The notes: a model not told the origin generated them from the sequence alone. Shown: positions 1-9,627, counted from the first letter of the stretch. The stretch is DNA of 51,860 bases from Candidatus Limnocylindrales bacterium (GCA_038234575.1 JBBQTO010000002.1:1-51860), one strand, 5' to 3'. A program made the numbers and translations.

Positions 1-1079
1 AGGAACCGTTCCACGGCGACGTCGTCGGCCGCGATGAGCGCCGCGGTCGCCGCGGGTCCCGCCTCGCCTGCCTCACGAGCGATCCGGAGCGCCGGGAAGC
101 GATCCAGATCCGGGGCGCGGAAGTCCAGCCGCCCGATCGAGACGAGGTCGGGCGCGGTCGCCGGCGAGGGCCGGCGATCGGGGTGGGTCAGCGCGTTCTG
201 GATCGGAAGTCGCCTATCGGGGGTGCCCAGCTGGGGCTTGAGGGAGCCGTCGACGAACCGGACGGCGGAGTGGACGATCGACTGGGGATGGATGACGACG
301 TCAATCGCCCCGTACTCGACATCGTACAGCCAGCGTGCCTCGATGACCTCCAGGCCCTTGTTCGCGAGCGTCGCGCTGTCGATCGTGATCTTTGCCCCCA
401 TCTGCCACGTCGGGTGGTGGAGGGCCTGCTCGGGCGTGATCGCCGCGAACGCGTCCGCCGGCAGATCGAGGAAGGGCCCGCCGGACGCGGTCAGGATCAG
501 CCGCTCGACCGTCCGGATGTCCTCTCCGACCAGGCATTGCCAGATCGCGGAGTGCTCCGAGTCGATCGGGCGCAGCCAGCCGAGCGGCGACGCGAGCGGG
601 TGGCGTGGCTCGACGGCCGCGCGCTCGGCAGCGAGGCGTTTCGCGATCGGCATCACGAGGTGACCGCCCGCGACGAGCGTCTCCTTGTTCGCGGTCGCGA
701 CGATCTTGCCGGCCTCGAGGGCCGCGATCACGGGCCGGAGGCTGACGACACCGCCCGTTCCGACGACCACGAGATCGACGTCATCCCGCGTCGCGAGCGC
801 GACGAGCGCGGCCTCTCCAAACTCGGCGGTCGTGCCGGACGGCAGCGCCTCGGCGAGCGAGGGATCCGGGGTCGTAAGCACGACAACGGACGGTCGAAGG
901 CGGTGGGCCTGTTTCGCGAGAAGCGCCGCGTTGCGCCCGGCGGCGAGCGCCACGACGCGGAAGGCGGGATCGCCCTCGAGGACGTCGACGGCCTGGCGGC
1001 CGATCGAGCCCGTGGAGCCGAGCAGGGCGATGCGGCGGGGCTCCTCCCCGACCGCTTCAGCGGAACGCGGCGACGACAT
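1..1079 (-). CDS. dxr: 1-deoxy-D-xylulose 5-phosphate reductoisomerase (3' end outside window)
   Basis: Absent from the ORF track because it runs off the left edge. Hand translation from ATG 1079..1077 gives MSSPRSAEAVGEEPRRIALLGSTGSIGRQAVDVL...ATANKETLVAGGHLV...DSEHSAIWQC...LTASGGPF...HPTWQMG, which are DXR motifs. The start overlaps the cdsA stop. Confidence 0.9.
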   Translation of the reverse strand, partial: MSSPRSAEAVGEEPRRIALLGSTGSIGRQAVDVLEGDPAFRVVALAAGRNAALLAKQAHRLRPSVVVLTTPDPSLAEALPSGTTAEFGEAALVALATRDDVDLVVVGTGGVVSLRPVIAALEAGKIVATANKETLVAGGHLVMPIAKRLAAERAAVEPRHPLASPLGWLRPIDSEHSAIWQCLVGEDIRTVERLILTASGGPFLDLPADAFAAITPEQALHHPTWQMGAKITIDSATLANKGLEVIEARWLYDVEYGAIDVVIHPQSIVHSAVRFVDGSLKPQLGTPDRRLPIQNALTHPDRRPSPATAPDLVSIGRLDFRAPDLDRFPALRIAREAGEAGPAATAALIAADDVAVERF

Positions 1080-1887
1080 ACAGGAACGTCACGGGCGCCG
1101 CGAACAGGAACGAATCGATGCGATCGAGCATGCCGCCGTGACCCGGGATCAGGTTGCCCGATTCCTTCGCTCCGGCGGCCCGCTTGATCATGGACTCGAC
1201 GAGGTCTCCGGCCTGCGCCGCGACGGCGATGGCCAGACCGAGACCGGCGCCCAGGATGGCAGGCCGGCCGACGAAGGCGACGAGGACCGTCGTCACGAGG
1301 ACGGCGACGACGGTACCGCCGATCACGCCCTCGACGGTCTTGCCCGGGGAGATGTGCGGGATGAACCGGCGCCGGCCGAACCGGCGCCCGACGAGGTAGG
1401 CCGCGGTGTCGAAGGCCCAGACCCCGAGGACCAGGATCAGGACCCACGCCCGCTGGGTGCCGATCCAGCCGAGCGGCGCGGTCGGGTCGATTGCGGGACC
1501 GGCGCTCGCGAGGCGACTCACGTAGCCGAGCAGGCCGAGGTAAACCGCCCCGAACGTCGTTGCGGCGAGCGACGCAAGGCCCTCGCGGGGATCGGGCCGG
1601 GTCAGCGCCGCGATCCCGACGAGGACGACTCCCGCGCCGAGCAGGAGCAACCCGCTCCCGCCGGGGACCGCCTTCACGGAATCACCGAGGGCGACGACCA
1701 CGGCGAGGGCCGCCCCAAGGCTTGGGAACGAAGCATGCCCCGCGGCGGTCAGCAGCCGGAAGAGCTCCACGGCACCGAGGACGACGACGATCGCCACGAC
1801 TGCGGAGACGAACGGCTCACCGAGCCACAGGGCGACGAGCAGCGGCGGAACAAGGATCGCCGCGCTCCTGGCGCGATCTCGAAGCAT
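1057..1887 (-). CDS. cdsA: phosphatidate cytidylyltransferase (CDP-diglyceride synthase)
   Basis: 276-aa polytopic membrane ORF. C-terminal signature SMIKRAAGAKESGNLIPGHGGMLDRIDSFLF. Lies between uppS and dxr as in many bacteria. Confidence 0.9.
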   Translation of the reverse strand: MLRDRARSAAILVPPLLVALWLGEPFVSAVVAIVVVLGAVELFRLLTAAGHASFPSLGAALAVVVALGDSVKAVPGGSGLLLLGAGVVLVGIAALTRPDPREGLASLAATTFGAVYLGLLGYVSRLASAGPAIDPTAPLGWIGTQRAWVLILVLGVWAFDTAAYLVGRRFGRRRFIPHISPGKTVEGVIGGTVVAVLVTTVLVAFVGRPAILGAGLGLAIAVAAQAGDLVESMIKRAAGAKESGNLIPGHGGMLDRIDSFLFAAPVTFLYVVAAFR

Positions 1888-1894
1888 GGCGGCC

Positions 1895-2680
1895 TCAGCG
1901 CCCGAAACGCCGCGTTCGGGTCGCGTACTCCGCGAGCGCCTCGTCGAGGCTCGCGGCGTCGAAATCCGGCCAGAGGACCTCCGTCGTCAGGAGCTCGGCA
2001 TACGCCGCCTGCCAGATCAGGAAATTCGAGAGGCGCTGCTCGCCGCCAGTCCGGATCACGAGGTCGGGGTCCGGCAGATCGGCGGTGTAGAGGGCCCGGG
2101 CCACGCTGGATTCGTCGATGTCGTCGGCCGATGTTCCGGAGCGGACGATCCGCCGGATCGCATCGACGAGCTCGGTCCGGCCGGCGTAGTTGAAGGCGAT
2201 GTTGAGGAGGAGGCGCTGGCCGGCTTCCGTGGCATCGAGCGCGGACTCGATGGAGCGGCGAGTCTCGGGCGGAAGCTCGTCGAGCCGCCCGAGGAGGCGG
2301 ACGCGGACGCCCTGCTCGCGCAGCTCGGCGGTCTCGCTGCGGATGGCGCCTTCGAGGAGGGCGAACAGGCCGGCGACCTCCGCATCGGTCCGGGCCCAGT
2401 TCTCGCGGCTGAACGCGTAGAGCGTCAGGACCTCGATGTTGCGGCGAACCGCGTGCCGGAGGATTCCCCGAATCGCCTCCACGCCAGCGGCGTGGCCATC
2501 GAGCTCTGGGACGCCGCGCTGGCGGGCCCAGCGGCGATTGCCGTCCATGATGATCGCGACGTGCCGCGGCAGGTCCGTTCGCGGCGGTGCGTCGGGCTCG
2601 CTCGTCTTCGGCTCGGGCTCATCCGATTCGTGGGCCCGCGGCGGGGCGTCGGTCGGCCGGATGAGCGGGGCTCGAGCCAC
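1895..2680 (-). CDS. uppS: undecaprenyl-diphosphate synthase (cis-prenyltransferase)
   Basis: HVAIIMDGNRRWA and RTGGEQRLSNFLIWQAAYAEL motifs. The GTG start (2680..2678) shares one base with the frr TAG stop. Confidence 0.92.
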   Translation of the reverse strand: MARAPLIRPTDAPPRAHESDEPEPKTSEPDAPPRTDLPRHVAIIMDGNRRWARQRGVPELDGHAAGVEAIRGILRHAVRRNIEVLTLYAFSRENWARTDAEVAGLFALLEGAIRSETAELREQGVRVRLLGRLDELPPETRRSIESALDATEAGQRLLLNIAFNYAGRTELVDAIRRIVRSGTSADDIDESSVARALYTADLPDPDLVIRTGGEQRLSNFLIWQAAYAELLTTEVLWPDFDAASLDEALAEYATRTRRFGR

Positions 2681-3237
2681 TAGACCTCCAGGACTTCCTG
2701 TTCCTTCGCTGCCCCGACGCGCTCGACGTCGGCGATGTGGCGGTCGGTCGTCTTCTGGAGGGAGTCGAGGAGGCGGTGCTCCTCGTCCGTGCCGAGCTCG
2801 CCGTCACGCTCGGACTTCTTGAGGTGGTCGGCGGCCTCGCGCCGGACGTTCCGGATCTCGACCCGCGCTTCCTCCATCCGCTTGTGCACGACCCGCACGA
2901 TGTCGTGCCGGCGCTCCTCGGTCAGGGCCGGGATGTTGAGCCGGACGACTGTCCCGTCGACGTTGGGCGTGAGGCCGATGTCGCCCTTGATGATCGCCCG
3001 CTCGATGGCCCCGAGGACGCTCCGGTCCCAGGGCTGGATGACGATCTGATGGGCCTCCGGGATGCTGATCCCGGCGAGCTGGTTAAGGGGCGTCTGGGTG
3101 CCGTAGTAGTCGACGAGGATTCGCTCGACGAGCCCGGTCGACGCCCGGCCGGTGCGGACATTCTGGAGATCCCGCGCCATGACCTCGACAGCCCGAGCCA
3201 TCTTGTGGTCGGCGGCGTCGATGTGCTCGCTGCTCAC
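2680..3237 (-). CDS. frr: ribosome recycling factor
   Basis: The track ORF is 226 aa. GTG 3237..3235 overlaps the pyrH TGA (GTGA) and gives a typical 185-aa RRF. Sequence includes ...[23 protein letters not shown]...LTEERR. Confidence 0.92.
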   Translation of the reverse strand: MSSEHIDAADHKMARAVEVMARDLQNVRTGRASTGLVERILVDYYGTQTPLNQLAGISIPEAHQIVIQPWDRSVLGAIERAIIKGDIGLTPNVDGTVVRLNIPALTEERRHDIVRVVHKRMEEARVEIRNVRREAADHLKKSERDGELGTDEEHRLLDSLQKTTDRHIADVERVGAAKEQEVLEV

Positions 3238-4070
3238 GACCGGACCCGCCCCGCCGAGCTCGAGATCAGGGTTCCGACGTGCTGCCCTTCCGCCACCCTG
3301 GCGATGTTGTCGGGCTTGTTCAGGTCGAAGACGATGATCGGCAGGTCGTTCTCCATGCACAGCGACACGGCGGCGCCGTCGAGCACCTTCAGCTGGTCGC
3401 GGAGGAGGTCGCCGTATTCGAGGCGGTCGTAGCGATGCGCGCCCGGGACGGTCATGGGATCGGCATCGTAGACGCCGTCGACCTTGGTCGCCTTGAGGAG
3501 CACCTCGGCGCCGATCTCGACGGCGCGGAGGGCGGCCGCGGTGTCCGTCGTGAAATACGGGTTGCCGGTTCCCGCGACGAAGATCACGACGCGGCCCTTC
3601 TCGAGGTGCCGAACCGCGCGCCGCCGGATGTACGGCTCCGCGATCTCGTTCATCGCAATCGCGCTCATGACCCGGGTCTGGACGCCGGCCCGCTCGATGG
3701 CATCCTGGAGGGCGAGGCCGTTCATGACCGTCGCGAGCATGCCGATGTAGTCGCCCGTCGCGCGATCCATGCCCCGCGCCGACGCGGCCAGCCCCCGGAA
3801 GATGTTGCCGCCGCCGACCACGATGCCGACTTGCACGCCGCGGCCCTGGACCTCGGCCACCTGAGTCGCGATGAACTTGCAGAACTCCGGATCAACCCCG
3901 TACGAACGCGCACCGAGTAGCGCCTCGCCGGACAGCTTGAGGAGGATCCGCCGGTAGCGGGGAGCGTCGCCGGCGGGCGCATCGCCGGCGGGCGCATCGC
4001 CGGCGGGAGCATCGCGGGCGGGCGCGGCTGCGCGCACGGTCGACGTGTCCCCGACCCGGGTCTCGCTCAC
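3234..4070 (-). CDS. pyrH: UMP kinase with a repeat-containing N-terminal extension
   Basis: [21 protein letters not shown] and [10 protein letters not shown] motifs. The GTG start overlaps the tsf stop (GTGA). The first ~40 aa are extra and contain DAPAG repeats, so the true start is somewhat uncertain. Confidence 0.9.
   Translation of the reverse strand: MSETRVGDTSTVRAAAPARDAPAGDAPAGDAPAGDAPRYRRILLKLSGEALLGARSYGVDPEFCKFIATQVAEVQGRGVQVGIVVGGGNIFRGLAASARGMDRATGDYIGMLATVMNGLALQDAIERAGVQTRVMSAIAMNEIAEPYIRRRAVRHLEKGRVVIFVAGTGNPYFTTDTAAALRAVEIGAEVLLKATKVDGVYDADPMTVPGAHRYDRLEYGDLLRDQLKVLDGAAVSLCMENDLPIIVFDLNKPDNIARVAEGQHVGTLISSSAGRVRS
3964..4023. repeat. four tandem 15-bp units inside the pyrH 5' extension
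   Basis: Units are gcgtcgccggcgggc, gcatcgccggcgggc, gcatcgccggcggga and gcatcgcgggcgggc. They encode [20 protein letters not shown]. Confidence 0.9.
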
Positions 4071-4666
4071 TGATCCTCCCCGAGCGCGAAGCGCGTGAAG
4101 CGCCGAACGACGATGTTCTCGCCGATCGTCGCGATGCGCTCGTTCACGAGGTCACGGACGCTCCGCTCTTCGTCCCGGAACGGCTGCTCGTAGAGCACCA
4201 CCTCCTTGAACCACTTCTTGAGCTGGCCGTCGATGATCTTCTCGCGGATCTCGGCGGGCTTTCCGGCAGTCGCCGGATCTGCGGCCAGCTCGGACTTCTT
4301 GCGTTCGATGTCCGCGGCCGGGATCTGGTCGATATCGACGTACAGGGGCGAGAGTCCGGCCACCTGCATGGCCAGGTCCCTGACGAGGCGCTGGAACTGG
4401 TCGTTCCGCGCCACGAAGTCCGTCTCGGTGTTCACCTCGATGAGGACACCAACGCGGCCGCCGGTGTGGATGTAGCTCGACACGAGTCCTTCGCGCGCAT
4501 CGCGGCCGGCCTTCTTCGCAGCAGCCGAGAGACCCCGCTCGCGCAGCACGAGGACGGCCTTCTCGATGTCGGCGTCCGCCTCTTCGAGGGCCCGCTTGCA
4601 ATCCATCATTCCGGCACCGGTGCGGTCGCGAAGCGCTCGTACCTGCTCGGCGGTCACCTTGGCCAT
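4067..4666 (-). CDS. tsf: translation elongation factor Ts (short ~200-aa form)
   Basis: N-terminal [29 protein letters not shown] signature. Lies downstream of rpsB as usual. Confidence 0.9.
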   Translation of the reverse strand: MAKVTAEQVRALRDRTGAGMMDCKRALEEADADIEKAVLVLRERGLSAAAKKAGRDAREGLVSSYIHTGGRVGVLIEVNTETDFVARNDQFQRLVRDLAMQVAGLSPLYVDIDQIPAADIERKKSELAADPATAGKPAEIREKIIDGQLKKWFKEVVLYEQPFRDEERSVRDLVNERIATIGENIVVRRFTRFALGEDQ

Positions 4667-4740
4667 GCTCGTTCCATGCTCCTGTTCGCATCGCGGCGGG
4701 CCGTTGCGACCCGCGGGTAGTGGCTTGGGGCGTCGCGAGA

Positions 4741-5769
4741 TCAGCTCGCGGCGGCGGCGTCGGTTGCAGCTCCGGATCCGGCCGGCGCGGCCGGCGGCGT
4801 GGTTGCGGGGGTCGCGGCGACGGGCTCTCCGCCGACGCTGCCGGTCGCAGCCGCTTCTGCCGCCTCGCGAGCGAGCTCCGCAGCGATCTCCTCGGGGGTC
4901 GCGGCTTCCTCGACCGGTGCTGCGATGGCGGGGACCCCAGGCAGGAGATCCTCGTCCTCGTCGGGAGCGAAGCTCAGGGCCGCGCCGCCGGCAAGGGCCG
5001 CAACGAGCGCGTCGCTCGCCTGGGCATCGTCGTATGCCGGCTCCTCGATGAGCTGCTCGGGCTCCGGTTCAACCGCCCGGTTCGCGCGCTCCTGGGCACC
5101 CTCGATCGCGGCATCCGCGACCAACGAGCACAGGAGGCGGATGGCGCGGATCGCGTCGTCGTTCGCCGGGATGATGAAGTCGAGCTCGTCCGGGTCGACG
5201 TTCGTGTCGCCGGTCCCGACGACCGGGATCTCGAGCTTGTTCGCCTCGGTGACCGCGATCCGCTCGCGATGCGGGTCAACGATGAACACGGCGCCCGGGA
5301 TCCGTCGCATCTTGCGGATGCCACCGAGCGTCGCGAGGAGCTTCACGTACTCCTCGTTGAGCTTGGAGGCTTCCTTCTTCGGCAGGCGCTCGAACTCGCC
5401 GGCCTGCTGCCGGGCCTCGAGCTGCTCAAGGAGGCCGATCCGCTTCTTGATCGTCACGAAGTTCGTGAGCATGCCGCCCAGCCAGCGCTTGTTGACGTAC
5501 GGCATGCCGGCCCGGGTCGCCTCCTGGACGACGGGCTCCTGAGCCTGCTTCTTCGTCCCGATGAACAGCACGACATCGCCTCGGGCGACCGTCTCACGGA
5601 CGAAGTCGAGGGCGACCTCGAGCCGTTTGCTGGTCTGGGCGAGGTCGATGATGTGGATCCCGTTGCGCTCGGCAAAGATGAACGGGCGCATCTTGGGATT
5701 CCAGCGGCGAGTCTGGTGCCCGAAGTGAACTCCGGCTTCCAGCAGCTGCCGCATCGAGATGGACGGCAC
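4741..5769 (-). CDS. rpsB: 30S ribosomal protein S2 with an Ala/Glu/Pro-rich C-terminal tail
   Basis: [27 protein letters not shown]. Start set to GTG 5769..5767, with AGGAGG 10 nt upstream, rather than the 515-aa track ORF. Confidence 0.92.
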   Translation of the reverse strand: MPSISMRQLLEAGVHFGHQTRRWNPKMRPFIFAERNGIHIIDLAQTSKRLEVALDFVRETVARGDVVLFIGTKKQAQEPVVQEATRAGMPYVNKRWLGGMLTNFVTIKKRIGLLEQLEARQQAGEFERLPKKEASKLNEEYVKLLATLGGIRKMRRIPGAVFIVDPHRERIAVTEANKLEIPVVGTGDTNVDPDELDFIIPANDDAIRAIRLLCSLVADAAIEGAQERANRAVEPEPEQLIEEPAYDDAQASDALVAALAGGAALSFAPDEDEDLLPGVPAIAAPVEEAATPEEIAAELAREAAEAAATGSVGGEPVAATPATTPPAAPAGSGAATDAAAAS

Positions 5770-5938
5770 AGTCGAGTGACCTCCTGTTTGGTTGTTACCG
5801 CCGCGGATCTCGTCGCCGGGAACCGCTCGCACCCACTCAGGGGTCGAGCGGCACCGTCCCGGACGGAACGATCCGCGTGTGAGCTCCGCGCCGCGTGCGC
5901 GGGCGTGGCCTGAACCTCGCTCTCGCGAGGCCGGCCGG

Positions 5939-5947
5939 AGTGTAGCA
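5939..5947 (-). promoter_or_regulatory. candidate extended -10 promoter (TGC-TACACT) for rpsB-tsf
   Basis: An A/T-containing hexamer with a TGn extension stands out in the GC-rich spacer, ~170 nt upstream of the rpsB GTG. No good -35 was seen. Confidence 0.4.
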
Positions 5948-5998
5948 CGGCCCCCTGGCGGCCCTGCGCGGCGCCTGGTCGCCATCATCCGGAGTGGG

Positions 5999-6370
5999 TC
6001 AAGCGACATGACGATGGTGGCGCAACGCGCCGGGCTCCAGGACGACGAGGTCGATCCGGAGCGGCAATCGCGGGACCGCGTTGCCGTTCGGCAGGGACCC
6101 GTCCTGGAAGAGCCGGTACGCGGCGGCGCGGAGGCCGGACCACTTGGCGTGGCCGACCGTCTCCTCCGGCAGCCCAAAACTCCGATCCGCGCGCCAACGG
6201 ACCTCGACGATGACCAGCTGGCGAGGTGGGCCCGGATCCACGGCCAGGAGGTCGATCTCGGCTCGACCGACCCGTAGCTTGCGGGCAAGGATCGACCAGC
6301 CGGCCGTCAGGAGGCGACCTTCCACCTCGGCCTCGGCCGCATCGCCACGCTGCTGTGCCGGGGTACGCAC
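5999..6370 (-). CDS. yraN: YraN/UPF0102 family endonuclease-like protein
   Basis: 123 aa. [36 protein letters not shown]...LVIVEVR pattern typical of UPF0102. Follows rnhB as in many genomes. Confidence 0.8.
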   Translation of the reverse strand: MRTPAQQRGDAAEAEVEGRLLTAGWSILARKLRVGRAEIDLLAVDPGPPRQLVIVEVRWRADRSFGLPEETVGHAKWSGLRAAAYRLFQDGSLPNGNAVPRLPLRIDLVVLEPGALRHHRHVA

Positions 6371-6412
6371 GGCGTGAGTCTGCCAGCCGGACCTTGGCTG
6401 GCGATTACTTGG

Positions 6413-7159
6413 TCAAGCGGGCGCGAGCGCCTCCAGCCCGAGGAGCTTGAGGTCGTCGGCGAGATCAGCAGACTCGGCGAGGATCGCCGCGCCCTCCTCG
6501 AACAGGTCGAGCGGGAGCTGGTCGCCGGCGAGCGTCCGCTGGAGGGCAAGGAAGCTCCGCCGGTGGAACGGCGTAAGGCCGAGCGCCCGGATCGCGGTCC
6601 GATGCTCGAGCGTGGCATAGCCCTGGTTGCGCTCCCAGCCGTAGCCCGGGTAGCGGGCCGCGAGCCGGGTCATCATCCGGTCGCGCACGACCTTCGCGAT
6701 GACCGACGCGCAGGCGATCGTGTAGCACTTCGCGTCGCCGTCGACGATCGCCGTGTACGGCCCGACCGACGCCTCGAAGCCGGCGATGCGATTGCCGTCC
6801 ACGAGCACGTGATCGTGGTCGCCGAGCCGGGCAACGGCCCGCCGCATGGCCAGGTGCGTGGCGTGATAGATGTTCAGTCGATCGATCTCGCTGACCGATG
6901 CCGCGCCGACGCCGACGGCGATGGCGCGCCTCCGGATGAGCGGCGCCAGGCGCTCCCGCTGGAGCATCGACAAGGTCTTCGAATCGCGGACCCCGGGGAT
7001 CCGGCGGGAATGTGGCCGCATGATGACCGCGGCCGCGACGACCGCGCCGGAGGTGGGCGCCACGCCGACCTCGTCGACCCCGACCACGCGTTCGGCGCCG
7101 ACGCGCCAGAGGTTGCGTTCGAAGCGAAGCGTCGGGACCTGGGCCGCCATCGGCCGCAA
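6413..7159 (-). CDS. rnhB: ribonuclease HII
   Basis: VGVDEVGVAPTSGAVVAAAVI, VRDSKTLS, ASVIAKV and YGWERNQGYATLEH motifs. Confidence 0.9.
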   Translation of the reverse strand: MRPMAAQVPTLRFERNLWRVGAERVVGVDEVGVAPTSGAVVAAAVIMRPHSRRIPGVRDSKTLSMLQRERLAPLIRRRAIAVGVGAASVSEIDRLNIYHATHLAMRRAVARLGDHDHVLVDGNRIAGFEASVGPYTAIVDGDAKCYTIACASVIAKVVRDRMMTRLAARYPGYGWERNQGYATLEHRTAIRALGLTPFHRRSFLALQRTLAGDQLPLDLFEEGAAILAESADLADDLKLLGLEALAPA

Positions 7160-7194
7160 GGGTAGCGCGGGCCGGAGCCGGGGGTCCGACGTCG

Positions 7195-7545
7195 CTACGG
7201 GCGGGTGCGGCGCTCCCGGAGGGTCGCGGCCTTGCCGACCCGCTTGCGCAGGAAGTAGAGCTGGGCTCGGCGGACCTGGCCGTGGCGTACGACGTCGATC
7301 TTCTCGATGCGCGGGCTATTCACCTTGAACGTCCGCTCGACGCCGACGCCACTCGCGATCTTGCGGACCGTGATCGACCGACCGATCCCGCCGCCGCGGA
7401 GGCGCATGACCGTGCCCTCGAAGACCTGGACGCGCTCCTTGCCGCCCTCGACGACGCGCGCCGCGACACGAACGGTGTCACCGGTCGCGAGCTCGGGCAG
7501 GTCGGTGCGGATCTGATCGGCGACGATCTCGTCGAGGACGTTCAC
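7195..7545 (-). CDS. rplS: 50S ribosomal protein L19
   Basis: 116 aa, GTG start. ...[52 protein letters not shown]... Confidence 0.95.
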   Translation of the reverse strand: MNVLDEIVADQIRTDLPELATGDTVRVAARVVEGGKERVQVFEGTVMRLRGGGIGRSITVRKIASGVGVERTFKVNSPRIEKIDVVRHGQVRRAQLYFLRKRVGKAATLRERRTRP

Positions 7546-7627
7546 GGTGTCGTGTCCCTGGCTGATCGCAGCGCGCGGCTGCGCGGGTGATCGATGGATC
7601 TGGGGTCGGCCGTTGAGCCGAGCGCGG

Positions 7628-7636
7628 AGTATAGCA
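7628..7636 (-). promoter_or_regulatory. candidate extended -10 promoter (TGC-TATACT) for rplS
   Basis: Lies in the 120-nt trmD-rplS spacer, ~80 nt upstream of the rplS GTG. Confidence 0.45.
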
Positions 7637-7665
7637 CGGGCGATTCCGGTGCCCGCCGGCGCCGT

Positions 7666-8430
7666 TCAGGAACCGCCATCGACACGACCCCCGCCCTCGC
7701 GGTCGTCGCCCGAATCGGCCAGCTGGCGGAGGATCGCCTCCTCTTCGTCGTCGGTCGGTCGCCCGGCGAGGAGATCCGGCCGCTGCGCCAGCGTCCGTCG
7801 GAGCGAGGCCTCGAGCCGCCAGCGCCGGATCGCGGCATGGTTGCCCCCGACCAGGATCTCGGGGACGCCCTGGCCCCGGAACTCGGGCGGCCGCGTGTAT
7901 TGCGGATATTCGAGGAGGCCCCGAGCGAAGGACTCCTCGAGCGTCGACGCGACGTCGATGGCGCCCGGGAGGAGCCGGATCACCGTATCGATGACGACGA
8001 GCGCCGGGATCTCGCCGCCGGTCAGAACGTAGTCACCGATCGAGATTTCGAGGTCGACGAGGCCCCGGATCCGCTCGTCGACACCCTCGTACCGCGGACA
8101 CACGAGGATCAGGTGCGGGCGAGTGACGAGATCGGTCGCGAGGCGTTGCCGGAATTGCGTCCCACCGGGATCCATGAGGATCACGGTGGAGTCCGGCCGC
8201 CGCAGGGCCTCCAGGGCCGCGGCCACCGGCTCGGGCCGCAGGACCATGCCCGCTCCCCCGCCGTACGGCGCGTCGTCGACGCTCCGATGTCGTCCCAGGC
8301 CCCACTGGCGGAGGTCCTGGATCCGGATCGTGGCGAGGCCCTGTTCGAGGATTCGGCCGGGGATGCTCTCCGCGAGGGGCGCCTCGAGCATGGCCGGAAA
8401 CAGCGTCACGACGTCGATCTCGAGGGTCAC
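7666..8430 (-). CDS. trmD: tRNA (guanine37-N1)-methyltransferase
   Basis: IDVVTLFPAMLEAPL, VILMDPGG, CPRYEGVDERI and LTGGEIPALVVIDTV motifs. The GTG start overlaps the rimM stop (GTGA). Confidence 0.93.
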   Translation of the reverse strand: MTLEIDVVTLFPAMLEAPLAESIPGRILEQGLATIRIQDLRQWGLGRHRSVDDAPYGGGAGMVLRPEPVAAALEALRRPDSTVILMDPGGTQFRQRLATDLVTRPHLILVCPRYEGVDERIRGLVDLEISIGDYVLTGGEIPALVVIDTVIRLLPGAIDVASTLEESFARGLLEYPQYTRPPEFRGQGVPEILVGGNHAAIRRWRLEASLRRTLAQRPDLLAGRPTDDEEEAILRQLADSGDDREGGGRVDGGS

Positions 8431-9119
8431 GGCAGCCGCTCGCGCTCCTCCCCGGCGTCAGGAGGAACCGTCGGGTCGGCGCTGGCGCTGAGCCGGTCCT
8501 TCGCTTCCCTTTCGCCGGGAGCCACCGACGGCGTGCCCTTGCCGTGGCGAGAGAAGCGATGCCGGCGGCGGGGACGCCGGGGTTCTAGCTCGACTGCGGG
8601 GGACGCCAGGTCCAGCACCGCCTCATCGATGACGATCTCGCCACGCTCGGGGGCGAAGTCGCGGATGACGGTCCGTACGGCGGGCAGGTCGAACTCGCCG
8701 GCGGGACCGCCCCGAACGATGTAGACCTCGGCCTCGCCGGCGCGGTAGACATCCGCCACGGTCCCGAGGACGTCGCCGTTCATGCCCTTGACCTCGGATC
8801 CGATGACTTCGTGCCAGAAGGCCTGGCCCTCCGCGAGCTCGGCCTCGCGGTCGACGAGGACCTCCAGATACTGATCTCGCAGCGGCTCGGCGGCCGCGCG
8901 ATTCCCGATCTCGAGAAAGCCGACGCGCCAGCCGGGTCCGTCGTCGACCGGTGCCGCAGCCGAGATCGTCAGCGGCGCGTCACTGCCCTCGAGGTGGAGG
9001 ACATGGCCCATGACGAACCGGTCATCCGGGCGATCGGTCAGGATCTCGACGCGAATGAGGCCAGCGAGCCCGTGCAGGCCACGGACCCGGCCGATGACCA
9101 GGCGGGTTGGCTCGCTCAG
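8427..9119 (-). CDS. rimM: 16S rRNA processing protein RimM (start codon unresolved, probably non-canonical)
   Basis: The track ORF starts at ATG 9011. The conserved RimM N-terminus (LVIGRVRGLHGLAGLIRVEILTDRPDDRF) is encoded in frame upstream of it. No ATG/GTG/TTG occurs between the in-frame TAA (9218..9216) and 9011. CTG 9119..9117 overlaps the KH-gene TGA. Confidence 0.8.
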   Translation of the reverse strand: MSEPTRLVIGRVRGLHGLAGLIRVEILTDRPDDRFVMGHVLHLEGSDAPLTISAAAPVDDGPGWRVGFLEIGNRAAAEPLRDQYLEVLVDREAELAEGQAFWHEVIGSEVKGMNGDVLGTVADVYRAGEAEVYIVRGGPAGEFDLPAVRTVIRDFAPERGEIVIDEAVLDLASPAVELEPRRPRRRHRFSRHGKGTPSVAPGEREAKDRLSASADPTVPPDAGEERERLP

Positions 9120-9349
9120 AGGATCTCGAGCGAGATCGAGCCGCCATCCCGGGCGGCCGTGACCTTGAGGAGCGTCCGCAGCGCCTTGGCGACGCTGCCG
9201 TTCCGGCCGATCACCTTACCCATGTCCTCCTCCGCGACGTGCAGCTCGATGACGGTGCCCTCCTCGTCCTCGATCTGGGTGACCGTGACGGCTTCGGGAT
9301 CATCCACCAGCGAGCGGGCGACGTACTCGACGAGCTCCTTGGCTGCCAT
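9116..9349 (-). CDS. KH-domain RNA-binding protein (YlqC/UPF0109-like)
   Basis: 77 aa. ...EEDMGKVIGRNGSVAKALRTLL... contains the GxxG KH motif. Conserved position between rpsP and rimM. Confidence 0.85.
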   Translation of the reverse strand: MAAKELVEYVARSLVDDPEAVTVTQIEDEEGTVIELHVAEEDMGKVIGRNGSVAKALRTLLKVTAARDGGSISLEIL

Positions 9350-9359
9350 CTCGCGCCTC

Positions 9360-9614
9360 CTACTTGGCCGCGGGCAGGACGCCCGCGACGCGGAACAGGC
9401 GAGCGACCGTATCGGACGGCTGGGCGCCCTTGGCGAGCCACGCCTTCGCGCGGTCCGCGTCGATCTTCAGCTCGATCGGATCGGTTCGCGGGTTGTAATG
9501 CCCGATCGTCTCGATCGAGCGGCTGTCGCGGGCGCTTCGCGAGTCGGCGACGACCACGCGATACGACGGCTGTTTCGTGGCCCCCACGCGAGTGAGTCGA
9601 ATGCGAACGGCCAT
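9360..9614 (-). CDS. rpsP: 30S ribosomal protein S16
   Basis: [49 protein letters not shown] Shine-Dalgarno upstream. Confidence 0.95.
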   Translation of the reverse strand: MAVRIRLTRVGATKQPSYRVVVADSRSARDSRSIETIGHYNPRTDPIELKIDADRAKAWLAKGAQPSDTVARLFRVAGVLPAAK

Positions 9615-9627
9615 GTGGTGCTCTCCC

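Noticed and set aside
4741-6288. Track longest-ORF starts giving N-terminally extended proteins: rpsB 515 aa, rpe 427 aa (29149-30432), fmt 446 aa (31421-32761), rsmD 277 aa (23337-24170), priA 884 aa and frr 226 aa.
   Set aside because: The extensions overlap upstream genes and are Arg/Pro-rich. Homology begins at internal GTG/ATG codons that have Shine-Dalgarno sequences or GTGA coupling, so I used the shorter starts.
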